Origin: an uncultured Gemmatimonadales bacterium
GTDB lineage: Bacteria; Gemmatimonadota; Gemmatimonadetes; Palauibacterales; Palauibacteraceae
DNA: 64,000 bases
Assembly (NCBI GenBank): GCA_963783385.1
Contig: CAWANJ010000009.1
Span: 384,001 to 448,000, forward strand
Reading direction: 5' to 3'
The notes under the pieces were generated by a model. It made no database searches, was not told the DNA's origin, and saw only the letters and a program-made list of their open reading frames with translations. The position numbers and the translations under genes are program-made. Shown one piece after another: positions 1-10,854 of the stretch. Position 1 is the first letter of the stretch; each line of letters opens with the position of its first letter.

Positions 1-701
1 TGCAGGGCCGCGCCGATCCGGTGGCCCTGTGGGGACCGCCCGACAGCCAGCCGCTCCTGCGCGAGCTCGTGGAGCTGGGCGGGGACCGACTGGCGTTCCC
101 GGTCGCGCTGAGGGAGCTCCCCCCGGGGGAGTCCGTGCGCTACGACGGCTACCGGATCGAGGCGTTCCCGACCCGGCACACGCGCGACTCGATGGGCCTG
201 GTCCTGGTAGAGGACGAGCGCCTGGGACGCTTCGACCCCGACCGGGCTCGCGAGCTGGGGGTTCCCGAAGGTCCCCTGTTCGGGCGGCTTCATCGCGGCG
301 AGACCGTCACGCTGCCCGATGGGCGAACGGTGGACCCCGCCGGGGTCGTGGGGGCGCCGCGTCCCGGCCGAAAGCTGGTGTACACGGGCGATACGCGGCC
401 GTCGGATCGAACCGTCGAGGCGGCCGCGGCCGCGGACCTGCTCGTGCACGAGGCCACGTTCGGGGAGGCCGAGCGGGACCGGGCGCGGGACACGGGGCAT
501 TCGACGGCGCGCGAGGCGGCCGAGGTGGCCAGCCGGGCCGGCGTCCGGAGTCTGGCCATCACCCACTTCAGCGCCCGTTACTCCGAGCAGGCGCATCGCC
601 TGCGTGCCGAGGCCGCGAGCGTGTTTCCCGAGACCGTGGCCGCCGAGGACGGCGCCACCCTGGAGGTGCCGCTGCCGGACGCCGACGACGGGGCTCCGTG
701 A
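1..701 (+). CDS. rnz: Ribonuclease Z (5'-partial)
   Basis: GP-rich exosite (ELGVPEGPLFGRL), YTGDT, LVHEATF, GHST and THFSARY motifs; frame open to the window edge. Confidence 0.93.
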   Translation, partial: QGRADPVALWGPPDSQPLLRELVELGGDRLAFPVALRELPPGESVRYDGYRIEAFPTRHTRDSMGLVLVEDERLGRFDPDRARELGVPEGPLFGRLHRGETVTLPDGRTVDPAGVVGAPRPGRKLVYTGDTRPSDRTVEAAAAADLLVHEATFGEAERDRARDTGHSTAREAAEVASRAGVRSLAITHFSARYSEQAHRLRAEAASVFPETVAAEDGATLEVPLPDADDGAP

Positions 702-1984
702 CTCCGGTCATTCGGGTGCCGGGGGACAAGTCGATCTCCCACCGCGTGCTGATGCTGGCGGGGCTGGCACGAGGCGACTCGCGGGTGGAGAACCTGCTCG
801 ACGCGGCGGATGTGCGCTCCACGGCGGAGGTGCTGCGCGGTCTGGGCGCGGACATCCCCTCCGCCTGGTCCGGACGGGTCCGGCTCCCGGGCGACGCGGC
901 GTGGCGCGACGCGGAGGAGATCCTCGACTGCGGGAACAGCGGCACCACGGCCCGACTGGTCGCCGGTCTGGCCGCGGGCCTGGGACGGAGCGCCGTGCTC
1001 GACGGGGATGACTCCCTGCGATGCAGGCCCATGGAGCGCGTGGTGTACCCGCTCCAGGCCATGGGCGCCAGGATCGAGTACCGCGGCGCCCGGGGGTACC
1101 TCCCGATCGAGCTCCGGGCGCGCGCCTCCGGCGCCCTCCGCACCCTGCGACACCGGCCCCGAGTCGCCAGCGCCCAGGTCAAGTCCTGCCTCCTCCTGGC
1201 GGGTCTGGCCTCCGGCACGCTGGTGGAGGTGGTCGAGCCGGGGCGCTCCCGTGACCATACGGAACGGCTCCTCGAGGCCATGGGCGCGCCGATCACCTTC
1301 GGTCCGGAGGACGGCGGGGCCCGGGTCCTCCTGGATCCGGGGGGCGCGCCACCGGCGCTCCGACCCCTGGACCTGCGCGTCCCGGGAGACCCGTCGTCGG
1401 CGGCCTTCCTGGTGGGGGCCGCCCTCCTCGCCGGACGGGGGCTGCGCCTCGAGGGCGTCGGCATCAACCCCACGCGGACGGGCTATCTCGAGGTCCTGCG
1501 GCGCATGGGAGCGCGGATCACGGTCACCGAGACCGGCCGGGAGGGCGGGGAGCCGGTGGGCGACCTCAGCGTCGAGCCCGCCGAGCTCCGGGGCGTGGAG
1601 ATCGAGCCAGCGCTGGTCCCCCGGGTCCTCGATGAGCTCCCGCTCCTCGCCGTGCTGGGCGCGCAGGCCGGCGGACGCTTTTCGGTGCGCGGGGCGGGCG
1701 AGCTCCGGGTCAAGGAGAGCGACCGCCTGGCCCTCCTGGTCTCGAACCTGGATCAGCTCGGGGTCCAGTGTTGCGAGTGGAAGGATGGACTGGAGGTGTT
1801 CGGTCGGGCCGCCCCGCTGTCGGGCTCCGTCTACACCAATGGCGATCATCGCATCGCCATGGCCTTCGGGGTCCTGGCGGTGGTCCCGGGATCGGACGTG
1901 CGGATCGACGATCGCGCCTGTGTGACCGTGTCCTACCCGGGATTCTGGGAGGACCTCCGGCTCCTGTCCGAGGAGGCGGTGTGA
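698..1984 (+). CDS. aroA: 3-phosphoshikimate 1-carboxyvinyltransferase (EPSP synthase)
   Basis: PGDKSISHR, DCGNSGTTARL, ASAQVKS, RDHTER, ELRVKESDR and DHRIAM motifs; GTG overlaps the rnz stop (GTGA). Confidence 0.96.
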   Translation: MTPVIRVPGDKSISHRVLMLAGLARGDSRVENLLDAADVRSTAEVLRGLGADIPSAWSGRVRLPGDAAWRDAEEILDCGNSGTTARLVAGLAAGLGRSAVLDGDDSLRCRPMERVVYPLQAMGARIEYRGARGYLPIELRARASGALRTLRHRPRVASAQVKSCLLLAGLASGTLVEVVEPGRSRDHTERLLEAMGAPITFGPEDGGARVLLDPGGAPPALRPLDLRVPGDPSSAAFLVGAALLAGRGLRLEGVGINPTRTGYLEVLRRMGARITVTETGREGGEPVGDLSVEPAELRGVEIEPALVPRVLDELPLLAVLGAQAGGRFSVRGAGELRVKESDRLALLVSNLDQLGVQCCEWKDGLEVFGRAAPLSGSVYTNGDHRIAMAFGVLAVVPGSDVRIDDRACVTVSYPGFWEDLRLLSEEAV

Positions 1985-2679
1985 GCCCCCGAGTGGTGGC
2001 CATCGACGGTCCGGCGGCCTCCGGCAAGAGCACCACCGCGCGCCGGGTGGCGGATGTCCTGGGATTCGAGCACCTGAACTCGGGGCTCCTCTATCGCGCG
2101 GTGGCGTGGGCCGCCCTCGAAGGCGGCTGGCTCCCGGAATCCGGCGACGCTGGGACCGATGCGGTGGACCGGGCGCTACCGGATCTCGACCTGGAGCTGG
2201 TCCCGGGCGCGGACGGCTACGAGGTCCGGGTCGACGGCCGCGAGCCCGGGTCCGCGCTCCGCGATCCGGCCGTCACCCGGCTCGCCTCCCTGCTTTCGGC
2301 CCGCGCTCCGGTGCGCCGGCGTGTGAACGAGCGGGTACAGGAGGAAGCTCGCCGGCGCGACGTGGTCTGCGACGGGCGGGACATCGGAACCGTCGTGTTC
2401 CCCGATGCCGATCTCAAGGTCTTCCTGGACGCCGACGAGGACGAGCGAGCCCGGCGACGGCTCCTGGAACGCGGCGAGACGCTCGCCCCCGAGGCCGTCG
2501 CCGCGGAAGCCGATCGGCTGCGGGAGCGTGACGAGGCCGATGCCTCGCGCTCCCTGTCCCCACTGCGCCCGGCGGACGACGCCGTACGGTTGGACACGAC
2601 CGAGCTCTCTCCCCGCGCCGTGGTGGACCGCATCCTCCTCGAAGCGCGCCGCCGGGGGATCCGGCCGACCCACGTTTGA
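1981..2679 (+). CDS. cmk: Cytidylate kinase
   Basis: IDGPAASGKST P-loop, DGRDIGTVVFPDA; aroA-cmk-rpsA synteny. Confidence 0.95.
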   Translation: MSPRVVAIDGPAASGKSTTARRVADVLGFEHLNSGLLYRAVAWAALEGGWLPESGDAGTDAVDRALPDLDLELVPGADGYEVRVDGREPGSALRDPAVTRLASLLSARAPVRRRVNERVQEEARRRDVVCDGRDIGTVVFPDADLKVFLDADEDERARRRLLERGETLAPEAVAAEADRLRERDEADASRSLSPLRPADDAVRLDTTELSPRAVVDRILLEARRRGIRPTHV

Positions 2680-2704
2680 CCGAAGCGACGAGCGCTCCTA
2701 CATT
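2676..2704 (+). promoter_or_regulatory. Sigma70-type promoter for rpsA
   Basis: TTGACC (2676-2681), 17-bp spacer, TACATT (2699-2704). Confidence 0.55.
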
Positions 2705-2827
2705 CCTGTGCTATCGTTGAACATTCGCAACCGTGACCCCAACCCTGCCGGCCCGGTTCCCCCGCTGCCCGTGATGAGGCGGTGAGGTGCAACCACCGCG
2801 GGACAGAGACCAGGACGGTACGACTCG

Positions 2828-5047
2828 ATGACCGAGGACCAGACCCAGAGCCAGCCCGCCACCGAGACCGCGGCTCCCGAGCCCGAAGACACCGGACCCA
2901 CCGTGGACAACAGCGACTCCGCGCCCGATGGCGCGAGCCCCGCGGTCGAGGCCGTGCGGGAGGATCCGGAGATCCCCGTCGTGGACACCCGGGCCATGGC
3001 GCCCGGCGACCCGGCGCCGGGATCCACCAAAGTGGAGCTCACCGAGGCCCAGATCGAACAGCGCGCGGCGGAAGTGGGCGTGCGCGCGGACCTGTTCGAG
3101 GAGAGCGACTACACCCTCGACGAGTACGAGGAGATGCTCTCCCTGTACGAGGACACCCTGGGGGACATTGCCGAGGGCGAGATCGTCAAGGCCACGGTGC
3201 TCCGCAAGACGGACAACGCGGTGATCCTCGACGTCGGCTTCAAGTCGGAGGGCTCGGTCGACCTGGAGGAGTTCCGGGAGCCGGAGACGATCCAGCCGGG
3301 GGACGAGGTCGAGGTCTTCCTCGAGAAGCTCGAGGACGAGCAGGGCGTGGTCGTCCTCTCCAAGAAGAAGGCCGACTTCCTCCGGGTGTGGGAGAAGCTC
3401 AAGGAGGCCTACGAGACCGACACCCCCGTACCGGGCGCGATCAAGCACTCCATCAAGGGCGGGGCGATGGTCGACCTCATGGGGGTCGACGCCTTCCTGC
3501 CCGGCTCTCAGATCGCGCTTCGCCGCGTTCACGACATCGACGCGCTGGCCGGGAACGAGTACGAGTTCAAGATCCTCAAGCTCAACAAGCGGCGCCGGAA
3601 TATCGTGGTCAGCCGCCGGGTGCTGCTCGAGGCGGAGCGCGAGAAGCAGAAGGAGAAGCTCAAGACTGAACTCGAGGTCGGCCAGGTGCGCCGCGGGGTG
3701 GTCAAGAACATCACCGACTTCGGCGCCTTCATCGACCTGGGCGGCATGGACGGTCTCCTCCACATCACCGACATGTCGTGGGGGCGCGTGGGGCACCCGT
3801 CGGACGTGTGCTCGATCGGCGACGAGATCGAGGTCAAGGTCCTGGACATCGATTGGGACCGCGAGCGCATCTCGCTCGGACTCAAGCAGCTCCAGCCCCA
3901 CCCCTGGAAGAACGTGGCCGAGAAGTATCCTGTCGGGAGCCGCGTGAAGGGGAAGGTCGTCTCGATCACCAACTACGGCGCCTTCGTGGAGCTCGAGAAG
4001 GGCGTGGAGGGCCTGGTCCACATCTCGGAGATGAGCTGGACGCGCAACGTCCGGCACCCCTCGCAGCTCGTGTCGATCGGCGAGGAGATCGAGTGCGTCG
4101 TGCTGCGCGTGGATGAAGAGGAGCAGAAGATCTCCCTCGGGATGAAGCAGACCGAGGAGGATCCGTGGCTCTCCCTGCCGGCCAAATACCCGCCGGGTAC
4201 CCACATCACCGGGCCGGTCCGAAACCTCACCTCCTTCGGCGCGTTCGTCGAGGTCGAGCCGGGCATCGATGGCCTCGTGCACATCTCCGACATGAGCTGG
4301 ACCCGTCGGGTTCAGCATCCGTCCGAGGTGGTGCGCAAGGGCGAGGAGGTCGAGGTCGTCGTCCTCAACATCGATCCCGAGCAGAAGCGCATCTCGCTCG
4401 GCCTCAAGCAGGTCGAGGAGGACCCGTGGTACGAGCTCGCCCAGGAGTTCGAGCCCGGTCGCGAGATCAGCGGCAAGGTCGTGCGTCTGCTCGACAAGGG
4501 CATGGTCGTCGACCTGGGCGACGATGTCGAGGGCTTCGTCCCGCTCAGCCAGCTGGGCCTCGAGGAGCCCGTGGAGGACCCCTCGACCGAGTTCGTGGAA
4601 GGGGAGCGGGTGGAGCTCAAGGTGCTCGAGTCGGATCCGATCAACCGTCGCATCGTGCTCTCCGTGACGGCCCGACCGGAGGCGGCGGCCCGGAAGGAAG
4701 CCGCCGCGGCCGCGGCGGAGGCTGAGGCGGAGCAGGCCGAGGCGGAGCAGGCCGAAGTCGACGAAGCCGCGGCCGGCGACGAACAGTCTTCCGTGGAAGC
4801 GGAGGCCGAGGCGGAGGCGGAGGAGCTCGAAGCCGGGGCGGAGGCGGAAGCCGAGGCCGAAGAGGCGGAGGATGAGGCGGAAGCCGAGGTCGACGAGCCC
4901 GAGGACGAGGCGGACGAGCCCGAGGACGAGGCGGACGAGCCCGAAGCCGAGGTCGACGAGCCCGAGGACGAGGTCGACGAGCCCGAAGCCGAAGAGGCCG
5001 GGGAGACGGAGGAGTCCGAAGAGGACGAGGAGCGGGACGAGGACTGA
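2828..5047 (+). CDS. rpsA: 30S ribosomal protein S1 with acidic N- and C-terminal extensions
   Basis: Repeated S1 domains (FGAFIDLGGMDGLLHITDMSW, YGAFVELEKGVEGLVHISEMSW, FGAFVEVEPGIDGLVHISDMSW). Confidence 0.97.
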   Translation: MTEDQTQSQPATETAAPEPEDTGPTVDNSDSAPDGASPAVEAVREDPEIPVVDTRAMAPGDPAPGSTKVELTEAQIEQRAAEVGVRADLFEESDYTLDEYEEMLSLYEDTLGDIAEGEIVKATVLRKTDNAVILDVGFKSEGSVDLEEFREPETIQPGDEVEVFLEKLEDEQGVVVLSKKKADFLRVWEKLKEAYETDTPVPGAIKHSIKGGAMVDLMGVDAFLPGSQIALRRVHDIDALAGNEYEFKILKLNKRRRNIVVSRRVLLEAEREKQKEKLKTELEVGQVRRGVVKNITDFGAFIDLGGMDGLLHITDMSWGRVGHPSDVCSIGDEIEVKVLDIDWDRERISLGLKQLQPHPWKNVAEKYPVGSRVKGKVVSITNYGAFVELEKGVEGLVHISEMSWTRNVRHPSQLVSIGEEIECVVLRVDEEEQKISLGMKQTEEDPWLSLPAKYPPGTHITGPVRNLTSFGAFVEVEPGIDGLVHISDMSWTRRVQHPSEVVRKGEEVEVVVLNIDPEQKRISLGLKQVEEDPWYELAQEFEPGREISGKVVRLLDKGMVVDLGDDVEGFVPLSQLGLEEPVEDPSTEFVEGERVELKVLESDPINRRIVLSVTARPEAAARKEAAAAAAEAEAEQAEAEQAEVDEAAAGDEQSSVEAEAEAEAEELEAGAEAEAEAEEAEDEAEAEVDEPEDEADEPEDEADEPEAEVDEPEDEVDEPEAEEAGETEESEEDEERDED
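4883..4990 (+). repeat. In-frame 21-bp tandem repeat, about 5 copies, encoding (A/D)E(V/A)DEPE in the S1 tail
   Basis: GAGG(T/C)(C/G)GACGAGCCCGA units recur; translation AEVDEPEDEADEPEDEADEPEAEVDEPEDEVDEPE. Confidence 0.85.
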
Positions 5048-5069
5048 GCTTCCCGCCTCGAGTCCCGTG

Positions 5070-7064
5070 ATGGTGGGCGGGCGACCGGGACGGGCGCTCC
5101 GCGTGGTCCGGCCGTTCGCCGTGGCCGCGCTGGCCGCGTGGCTGACGGGTGGGTGCGCGCCGGGCGCTGTCGGCGGGGGACCTCCGCCGGGCCCCCCCGG
5201 GCCGGCCGGGGCGGGCTCTCGGGCGGAGGCCGCGCCACCGCCTGCCGGGTCTCTCGAACGCGTCGATCGCCTGGTGTCGGCCGGCCGGGCCGATTCGGCC
5301 GCTCTTCTGGCCGATTCCCTGTACTTCGCATGGCGTCCCCATTCCGACATGGCCGATCGTGCGGCTTCGGCCCTGTGGCGCGAGGCCGGGGCGCTTCGAA
5401 GCGTGGGACGGCCCCGTGCCGCGGCCGCACGCCTCCGCGAGCTCCTGAGTCGCTATCCCGGCGCGCGCGAAGCCCGGGACGCCGTGCGGCTGCTGGCGGC
5501 GCTCGACGTCGACCTGGTGCGGGATCCCTCGGCGGCCGCCGTTCTCCTGGCCCACGCCGACGCGATAGACGACGCCGCCCGCAAGCTCCTGAGGACGGCG
5601 GCGGGCCACATGTCGGGGGCGGAGCTGGAAGCCATCCTCGACGGTCGACGGCCCGGTGAAGCCGGGGAGGGGGAGGACGGGGGGCGAGCGGCCCCGGGTC
5701 CCGAGCGGGACCGGGCGATCCTCCTCGCCGCTCTGGCCCGGGACCTGGCTCGCTCCGGTCGGACCGATTCGGCCGGCCGCGTGGCCGCTGCGGTGCTGCG
5801 TGGCTCGGCCGACGCCCCGGAAAGGGACGTGGCGAGTGCGGTGCGGGACGGACGGATCGCCGCGGTGCGGGGCCCCCTCGTCCTCGGCGCGCTGTTCACG
5901 ACCTCGGGTCGATTCGCCGCCGTGGGCGGTTGGCTGCGGGAGGGCGTCGACCTGGCCCTCGAGGAGGCTTCGGCGAGCGGAGGCCCGGAAGTCCGTGTGG
6001 AGAGCCTCGACGAGGGCGACGATCCTGCGGTCGTGCCCGGACTGGTGCAACGGCTCGAGGCCGACGGCGTCGTGGCGATCCTCGGTCCCGTGCGCTCGCG
6101 GGCCCTGGCGGCCGCCGCGACCGCCCGCCGCGACCCCGGTCTTCTCCTCGTGAGCCCCACCGCCACGGACGCTCCGCGGGCCTCGAACGGTCGGTCCGAT
6201 CTGGATGCCTATGCCCTGTGGGACCGGACCCGTCGCCAGGTCGACGCGGCCCGCGACCTGGGCCGGTGGCTGGGCTCGACCGTGCGGCTCGGCGTCTCGG
6301 CCACGCTGTACGCCCGGGATCCGGAGGGCATCGCGGCGGCCCTGGCGTACCGCGCCGGCCTGGGAGCCGGCGCCGGAACGGTGGCCTCGGAGGCCTTCGA
6401 CGCGGATTCGACCACCTTTCGGGGTCCGATCGCCCGCGTGGGCGCGTTCGAGCCCCGCGGCGTGTTCGTGGCGGGGGGAGGGCCGAGCACGATCCTGCAG
6501 CTCGCGCCCCAGCTGTCGTACTTCGGGGCCCGCGACCTGCTGGTCGCGGGCGGCCCGACCTGGGCTCAGCCGGAGGTCGTGCGCCGCCTCGAGCCCAGTC
6601 CGACGCAGGAGCGCATCGTGGCCACCTACCTGGACTGGACGGACCAGAAATCCGGCTGGAGTCGATTTCGAGCTGCGTATGAGACGAAGTACCACAAGTC
6701 CGTTGCCAACAATGTCGTACCTGCTCTTGGATACGACGCGGCGAAGCTGGTGCTGGCGGCGCTGCCCGACGAGCCCGTGCCGCACCCGCGGGCCACGGCA
6801 CGGGCACTGGCCCGGCTCACGGGTCTGGAGGGGGCGACGGGGACGCTGACGCCGGACGCGACGGCGGGCACCGTGGCTCGCGCCACGCTGATCCGCCGCC
6901 TGGACGAGCGCCGGCTGGCCCCGGCCGACCCGGACTCGGTGCGGGCGTGGCTGGACAGGAGCGGCCTCCTGGAGGCCGCCGGCCTGCGGCGACAGCGGGC
7001 GGTGGCCCGGAAGGCGGTCCGGAAGTTCGCCGCCGACACCACGAGGGGAGGCACACGGCCGTGA
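5070..7064 (+). CDS. Lipoprotein with TPR-like N-terminus and type I periplasmic-binding domain (LpoA/penicillin-binding protein activator-like)
   Basis: Lipobox-like LTGGC; YP-containing TPR-like segment; VVAILGPV and ALGYDAA motifs with a GATG segment typical of LpoA/LivJ folds; start approximate. Confidence 0.7.
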   Translation: MVGGRPGRALRVVRPFAVAALAAWLTGGCAPGAVGGGPPPGPPGPAGAGSRAEAAPPPAGSLERVDRLVSAGRADSAALLADSLYFAWRPHSDMADRAASALWREAGALRSVGRPRAAAARLRELLSRYPGAREARDAVRLLAALDVDLVRDPSAAAVLLAHADAIDDAARKLLRTAAGHMSGAELEAILDGRRPGEAGEGEDGGRAAPGPERDRAILLAALARDLARSGRTDSAGRVAAAVLRGSADAPERDVASAVRDGRIAAVRGPLVLGALFTTSGRFAAVGGWLREGVDLALEEASASGGPEVRVESLDEGDDPAVVPGLVQRLEADGVVAILGPVRSRALAAAATARRDPGLLLVSPTATDAPRASNGRSDLDAYALWDRTRRQVDAARDLGRWLGSTVRLGVSATLYARDPEGIAAALAYRAGLGAGAGTVASEAFDADSTTFRGPIARVGAFEPRGVFVAGGGPSTILQLAPQLSYFGARDLLVAGGPTWAQPEVVRRLEPSPTQERIVATYLDWTDQKSGWSRFRAAYETKYHKSVANNVVPALGYDAAKLVLAALPDEPVPHPRATARALARLTGLEGATGTLTPDATAGTVARATLIRRLDERRLAPADPDSVRAWLDRSGLLEAAGLRRQRAVARKAVRKFAADTTRGGTRP

Positions 7065-7066
7065 CC

Positions 7067-8611
7067 ATGCGCGAGAGGCTCCAGGAGCTCGAGGAGCGTC
7101 GGCGGGAGGCCGAACGGGGAGGCGGGGAGGCCCGGCTGGAGCGACAGCACGGGAAGGGGAAGCTCAGCGCCCGGGAGCGGCTGGACGTGCTGCTCGATCC
7201 GGGCTCCTTCGTGGAGTTCGACAGGTTCGTCGAGCATCGCTGTCACGACTTCGGTCTCGACGAGGAGCACTATCCGGGCGATGGCGTGGTCACGGGCTAT
7301 GGCACCGTGGACGGCCGGACGATCTACGTGTTCAGCCAGGACTTCACGGTGTTCGGCGGATCCCTGTCCGAGGCGCACGCCGAGAAGATCGTGAAGATCC
7401 TGGAGCTGGCCACCCGGAACGGGAAACCGGTCGTGGGCCTCAACGACTCCGGGGGAGCCCGCATCCAGGAGGGCGTGGCGTCGCTGGGCGGATACGCGGA
7501 CATCTTCCTGCGGAACACGCTGGCCTCGGGGGTCGTCCCGCAGATCAGCGCGATCCTGGGTCCATGCGCCGGGGGGGCGGTCTACTCGCCCGCCATCACC
7601 GACTTCATCTATATGGTCGAGGGGATCAGTCACATGTTCGTGACCGGCCCTAACGTCGTGAAGACGGTGACGCACGAGGAGGTGAGCTTCGAGGAGCTGG
7701 GCGGTGCGGGCATGCACGCGACGAAGTCCGGCGTGGCCCACTTCGTCCACCGGACCGAGGTGGAGGCGCTGCGGGGAATTCGCCGCCTGCTCTCCTTCCT
7801 CCCGTCCAACAACGCCGAGGCGCCGCCCGCTCGCACCACCGAGGATCCGGCGGACCGCGCCGAGGAGGAGCTGCTCGAGATCGTCCCCGATCGCCCGAAC
7901 CAGCCCTACGACATGCACCGGGTCATCGAGCGGATCGTGGACGACGCGGACTTCCTGGAGGTCCACCAACGCTACGCGGGCAACCTGCTGGTCGGCTTCG
8001 CGCGCCTCGGCGGCCGACCGGTGGGGATCCTGGCCAACCAGCCGGCCGTCCTGGCGGGCGTGCTGGACATCGACGCGAGCCTCAAGGGCGCCCGCTTCGT
8101 GCGCTTCTGCGATGCCTTCAACTTCCCGATCGTGACCTTCGAGGACGTCCCGGGCTTTCTGCCGGGCGTGACCCAGGAACACGGGGGGATCATCAAGCAC
8201 GGGGCCAAGCTCCTGTATGCCTACTGCGAGGCCACGGTGCCCAAGCTGACCGTGATCACCCGCAAGGCCTACGGCGGGGCATACGACGTCATGGCCTCCA
8301 AGCACATCCGGGGCGATCTAAACCTGGCGTGGCCGACGGCCGAGATCGCCGTCATGGGCCCCAAGGGCGCGGTGGAGATCCTGCACCGCAGGGAGATCGA
8401 GGAGGCGGCGGACCCCGAGGCCCGCACGGCGGAGCTGGAGGGGTCGTTTCGACGGGCGTTCGCCAACCCGTATCTGGCCGCGGCCCGCGGCTACCTCGAC
8501 GACGTGATCGACCCTCGGGAGACACGCGCCAGGCTCATCTCGGGGCTGTCGATGCTGGCGGACAAGCGTGATCGCAATCCGCCCAAGAAGCACGGCAACC
8601 TGCCTCTGTGA
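7067..8611 (+). CDS. pccB: Propionyl/acyl-CoA carboxylase carboxyltransferase (beta) subunit
   Basis: [38 protein letters not shown]; C-terminal KKHGNLPL. Confidence 0.95.
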   Translation: MRERLQELEERRREAERGGGEARLERQHGKGKLSARERLDVLLDPGSFVEFDRFVEHRCHDFGLDEEHYPGDGVVTGYGTVDGRTIYVFSQDFTVFGGSLSEAHAEKIVKILELATRNGKPVVGLNDSGGARIQEGVASLGGYADIFLRNTLASGVVPQISAILGPCAGGAVYSPAITDFIYMVEGISHMFVTGPNVVKTVTHEEVSFEELGGAGMHATKSGVAHFVHRTEVEALRGIRRLLSFLPSNNAEAPPARTTEDPADRAEEELLEIVPDRPNQPYDMHRVIERIVDDADFLEVHQRYAGNLLVGFARLGGRPVGILANQPAVLAGVLDIDASLKGARFVRFCDAFNFPIVTFEDVPGFLPGVTQEHGGIIKHGAKLLYAYCEATVPKLTVITRKAYGGAYDVMASKHIRGDLNLAWPTAEIAVMGPKGAVEILHRREIEEAADPEARTAELEGSFRRAFANPYLAAARGYLDDVIDPRETRARLISGLSMLADKRDRNPPKKHGNLPL

Positions 8612-8620
8612 CCCGGGTCG

Positions 8621-9346
8621 ATGCCGGGTTACCACTGGGTCCCCGCGTCCCTTCAGGGACGGCTCCTGGACCGGGAAGCGAAGCGGGATCGTATGCGCCT
8701 CGAGCGCGACGTGACGGAGCTGGCGGCGGCCCTGGACTCGGTGCGAGAGGCGTCGGCCGAGCTGGACGCCACCTACCGCTGCTTCGTCGATCTTCCCGAG
8801 GCGGATCCGGTCATGGCCGCCTCACCGGAGCTGGCCCGCTTCCTCCTGGCCTGGTGCCGCTGCCGGCGGCCGCGGCGCATCGCCGACCTCGGCTCGGGGT
8901 TCAGCTCCTGGCTGTTTCGCTGGTGGGCGGCCGCGGAGCCGGAGGAGGTCACCGTGGTGTCGGTCGACGACGACCCGGCCTGGCTCGAGCGCTCGCGCAC
9001 CTTCGCGGCGGATCGGGGGCTGGAGGGAGGCGACTTCCGGGGCTGGCGAGCGTTCAGGGCCGGCTCGGAGCGCTTCGACCTCGTGCTGTGGGACTACGGC
9101 GACATCCGCACCCGGGCCGAGCGACTGCCGGAGGTCCTGGCGCGCGTGGGAGAGGGTGGCGCGCTGGTGTGTGACGACATCCACAAGCACCGGGTGTGGA
9201 GAGCGGCCCGGAGCTGTGCCGGGTCGGCCGGGATCGAGGCGTACAGCCTCAGGGCGTACACGCTCGACCGCTGGGGCCGCTACGCGTGGCTGGCCCGGCT
9301 CGCGGGACGGGGCGGGGGGGGCGGGGTCGGAAGGAGGTTGGCGTGA
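8621..9346 (+). CDS. Class I SAM-dependent methyltransferase (Methyltransf_24-like)
   Basis: RIADLGSGFSS motif I, VSVDDD, FDLVLWD, GGALVCDD. Confidence 0.7.
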   Translation: MPGYHWVPASLQGRLLDREAKRDRMRLERDVTELAAALDSVREASAELDATYRCFVDLPEADPVMAASPELARFLLAWCRCRRPRRIADLGSGFSSWLFRWWAAAEPEEVTVVSVDDDPAWLERSRTFAADRGLEGGDFRGWRAFRAGSERFDLVLWDYGDIRTRAERLPEVLARVGEGGALVCDDIHKHRVWRAARSCAGSAGIEAYSLRAYTLDRWGRYAWLARLAGRGGGGGVGRRLA

Positions 9347-10854
9347 GCGGCCTGCGGCGTGTCCTCGTCGCCAACCGCGGGGAGATCGCGGTGCGGATCG
9401 TCCGGGCCTGCCGGGAGCTCGGCATCGAGACCGTGGCCGTCTACTCCGACCCGGACCGTCTGGCGCCCCACGTGCGGCTCGCCGACCGGGCCGTGCTCCT
9501 CGGACCCGCCCCGGCATCGGAGAGCTACCTGGATATCGGAAAGCTGCTCGAGGCGGCGCGGCGGACGGGCGCCGATTCGGTGCACCCGGGCTACGGATTT
9601 CTGGCCGAGAACGCGTCCTTCGCGGGCCTCGTCGAGGAAGCCGGACTGGTATGGATCGGACCGCCACCGGATGCCATTGCGGCCATGGGCGACAAGACGG
9701 AGGCGCGCGAGCGCATGCGTTCGGCTGGCGTGCCCGTGATTCCCGGGTCGGAGGGTGCCCTGGACGACCCCGACGCGGCGCGGGAGGCGGCCGATCGAAT
9801 CGGCTACCCCGTCATGCTCAAGGCTGCGGCCGGTGGAGGCGGCAAGGGCATGCGCGTCGTCCGCGAGGCCGGCGAGTTCGAGTCCGCCTTCCGCGGCGCT
9901 CGCAGCGAGGCCGGGCAGGCCTTCGGCGACGAACGTGTCTACCTGGAGCGGTTCCTGGACGCCCCGCGGCACATTGAGATCCAGGTCCTGGCGGACGCCC
10001 ACGGCCGGACGGTGCACGTGGGAGAGCGCGAGTGCTCGATCCAGCGTCGACACCAGAAGCTCATCGAGGAAGCTCCTTCCACGGTGGTGGACGCGGAGCT
10101 CCGGGAGCGGATGGGCCGCGTGGCCGTGGCCGCCGCGGAGGCGGTCGGCTACCGCAGCGCCGGTACGGTGGAGTTCCTCTTCCAGGATGACGAGTTCTTC
10201 TTCCTGGAGATGAACACACGCATCCAGGTCGAGCATCCGGTGACCGAGCTCGTATGGGAGGTGGACCTCGTGCAGGAGCAGCTCCGTATCGCGGGCGGCG
10301 AGCCCATCCTATGGCAGGCACCGGACCAAGCGCCGCGCGGACACGCGCTCGAGTGCCGGATCGGGGGGGAGGACCCGTTCGCCGGCTTCCTGCCCTCGGC
10401 GGGCCGGGTGGCCGACCTGGAGGTGCCGTCGGGACCGGGCGTGCGTTGGGATGGGGGCATCGAGCCCGGCTTCGAGGTCGGACTCCACTACGACCCGTTG
10501 CTCGCCAAGCTCGTCGTGCACGCTCCCACACGGGAGGAGGCCATCGACCGGATGGCCCGGGCGCTCGACGAGCTCGAGGTGGTGGGTCTGGCCACCAGCG
10601 CTCCTTTCCACCGGGCGGTGATGCGGGAGCCGGACTTCCGGGCCGGCAGGCTCTCGATCCGCTACGTGGAGGAGCACGCCGACCTGCTGCGCGAGCCGCC
10701 GGATGCCGACACCCTGCGAGCGGTGGCCGCCGCCGCGACCCTGCTCGAGGAGGAACGCCGGCAGGGGGCGCACCCTCGGACGGACGGTGGTACGGGATCG
10801 GCCGGCGGTGCGGCCGTGCGCTCGGCGTGGCGGCGAGCGTTCGATCCCCTGTGA
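9343..10854 (+). CDS. accC: Biotin carboxylase subunit of acyl-CoA carboxylase
   Basis: ANRGEIA, HPGYGFLAEN, GGGGKGMR, RECSIQRRHQK, EMNTRIQVEH. Confidence 0.95.
   Translation: MSGLRRVLVANRGEIAVRIVRACRELGIETVAVYSDPDRLAPHVRLADRAVLLGPAPASESYLDIGKLLEAARRTGADSVHPGYGFLAENASFAGLVEEAGLVWIGPPPDAIAAMGDKTEARERMRSAGVPVIPGSEGALDDPDAAREAADRIGYPVMLKAAAGGGGKGMRVVREAGEFESAFRGARSEAGQAFGDERVYLERFLDAPRHIEIQVLADAHGRTVHVGERECSIQRRHQKLIEEAPSTVVDAELRERMGRVAVAAAEAVGYRSAGTVEFLFQDDEFFFLEMNTRIQVEHPVTELVWEVDLVQEQLRIAGGEPILWQAPDQAPRGHALECRIGGEDPFAGFLPSAGRVADLEVPSGPGVRWDGGIEPGFEVGLHYDPLLAKLVVHAPTREEAIDRMARALDELEVVGLATSAPFHRAVMREPDFRAGRLSIRYVEEHADLLREPPDADTLRAVAAAATLLEEERRQGAHPRTDGGTGSAGGAAVRSAWRRAFDPL

Noticed and set aside
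4883-4990. Repeat array as a CRISPR candidate
   Set aside because: Adjacent in-frame coding repeats without unique spacers, and no cas genes
2711-5350. Very long antisense and alternate-frame ORFs (e.g. 2711..5350-, 12283..14886-, 19091..21424-, 29122..32103-)
   Set aside because: Shadows of real genes caused by high-GC codon bias; no family motifs and they fully overlap well-supported CDSs
6650-6735. Lower-GC codon patch inside the LpoA-like gene
   Set aside because: No properly spaced -35/-10 pair found; may be chance
8609-8623. UGA readthrough joining pccB to the in-frame methyltransferase (similarly ribE to ribBA at 20225-20233)
   Set aside because: pccB ends at its conserved KKHGNLPL terminus and the downstream genes have their own ATG; no SECIS-like evidence
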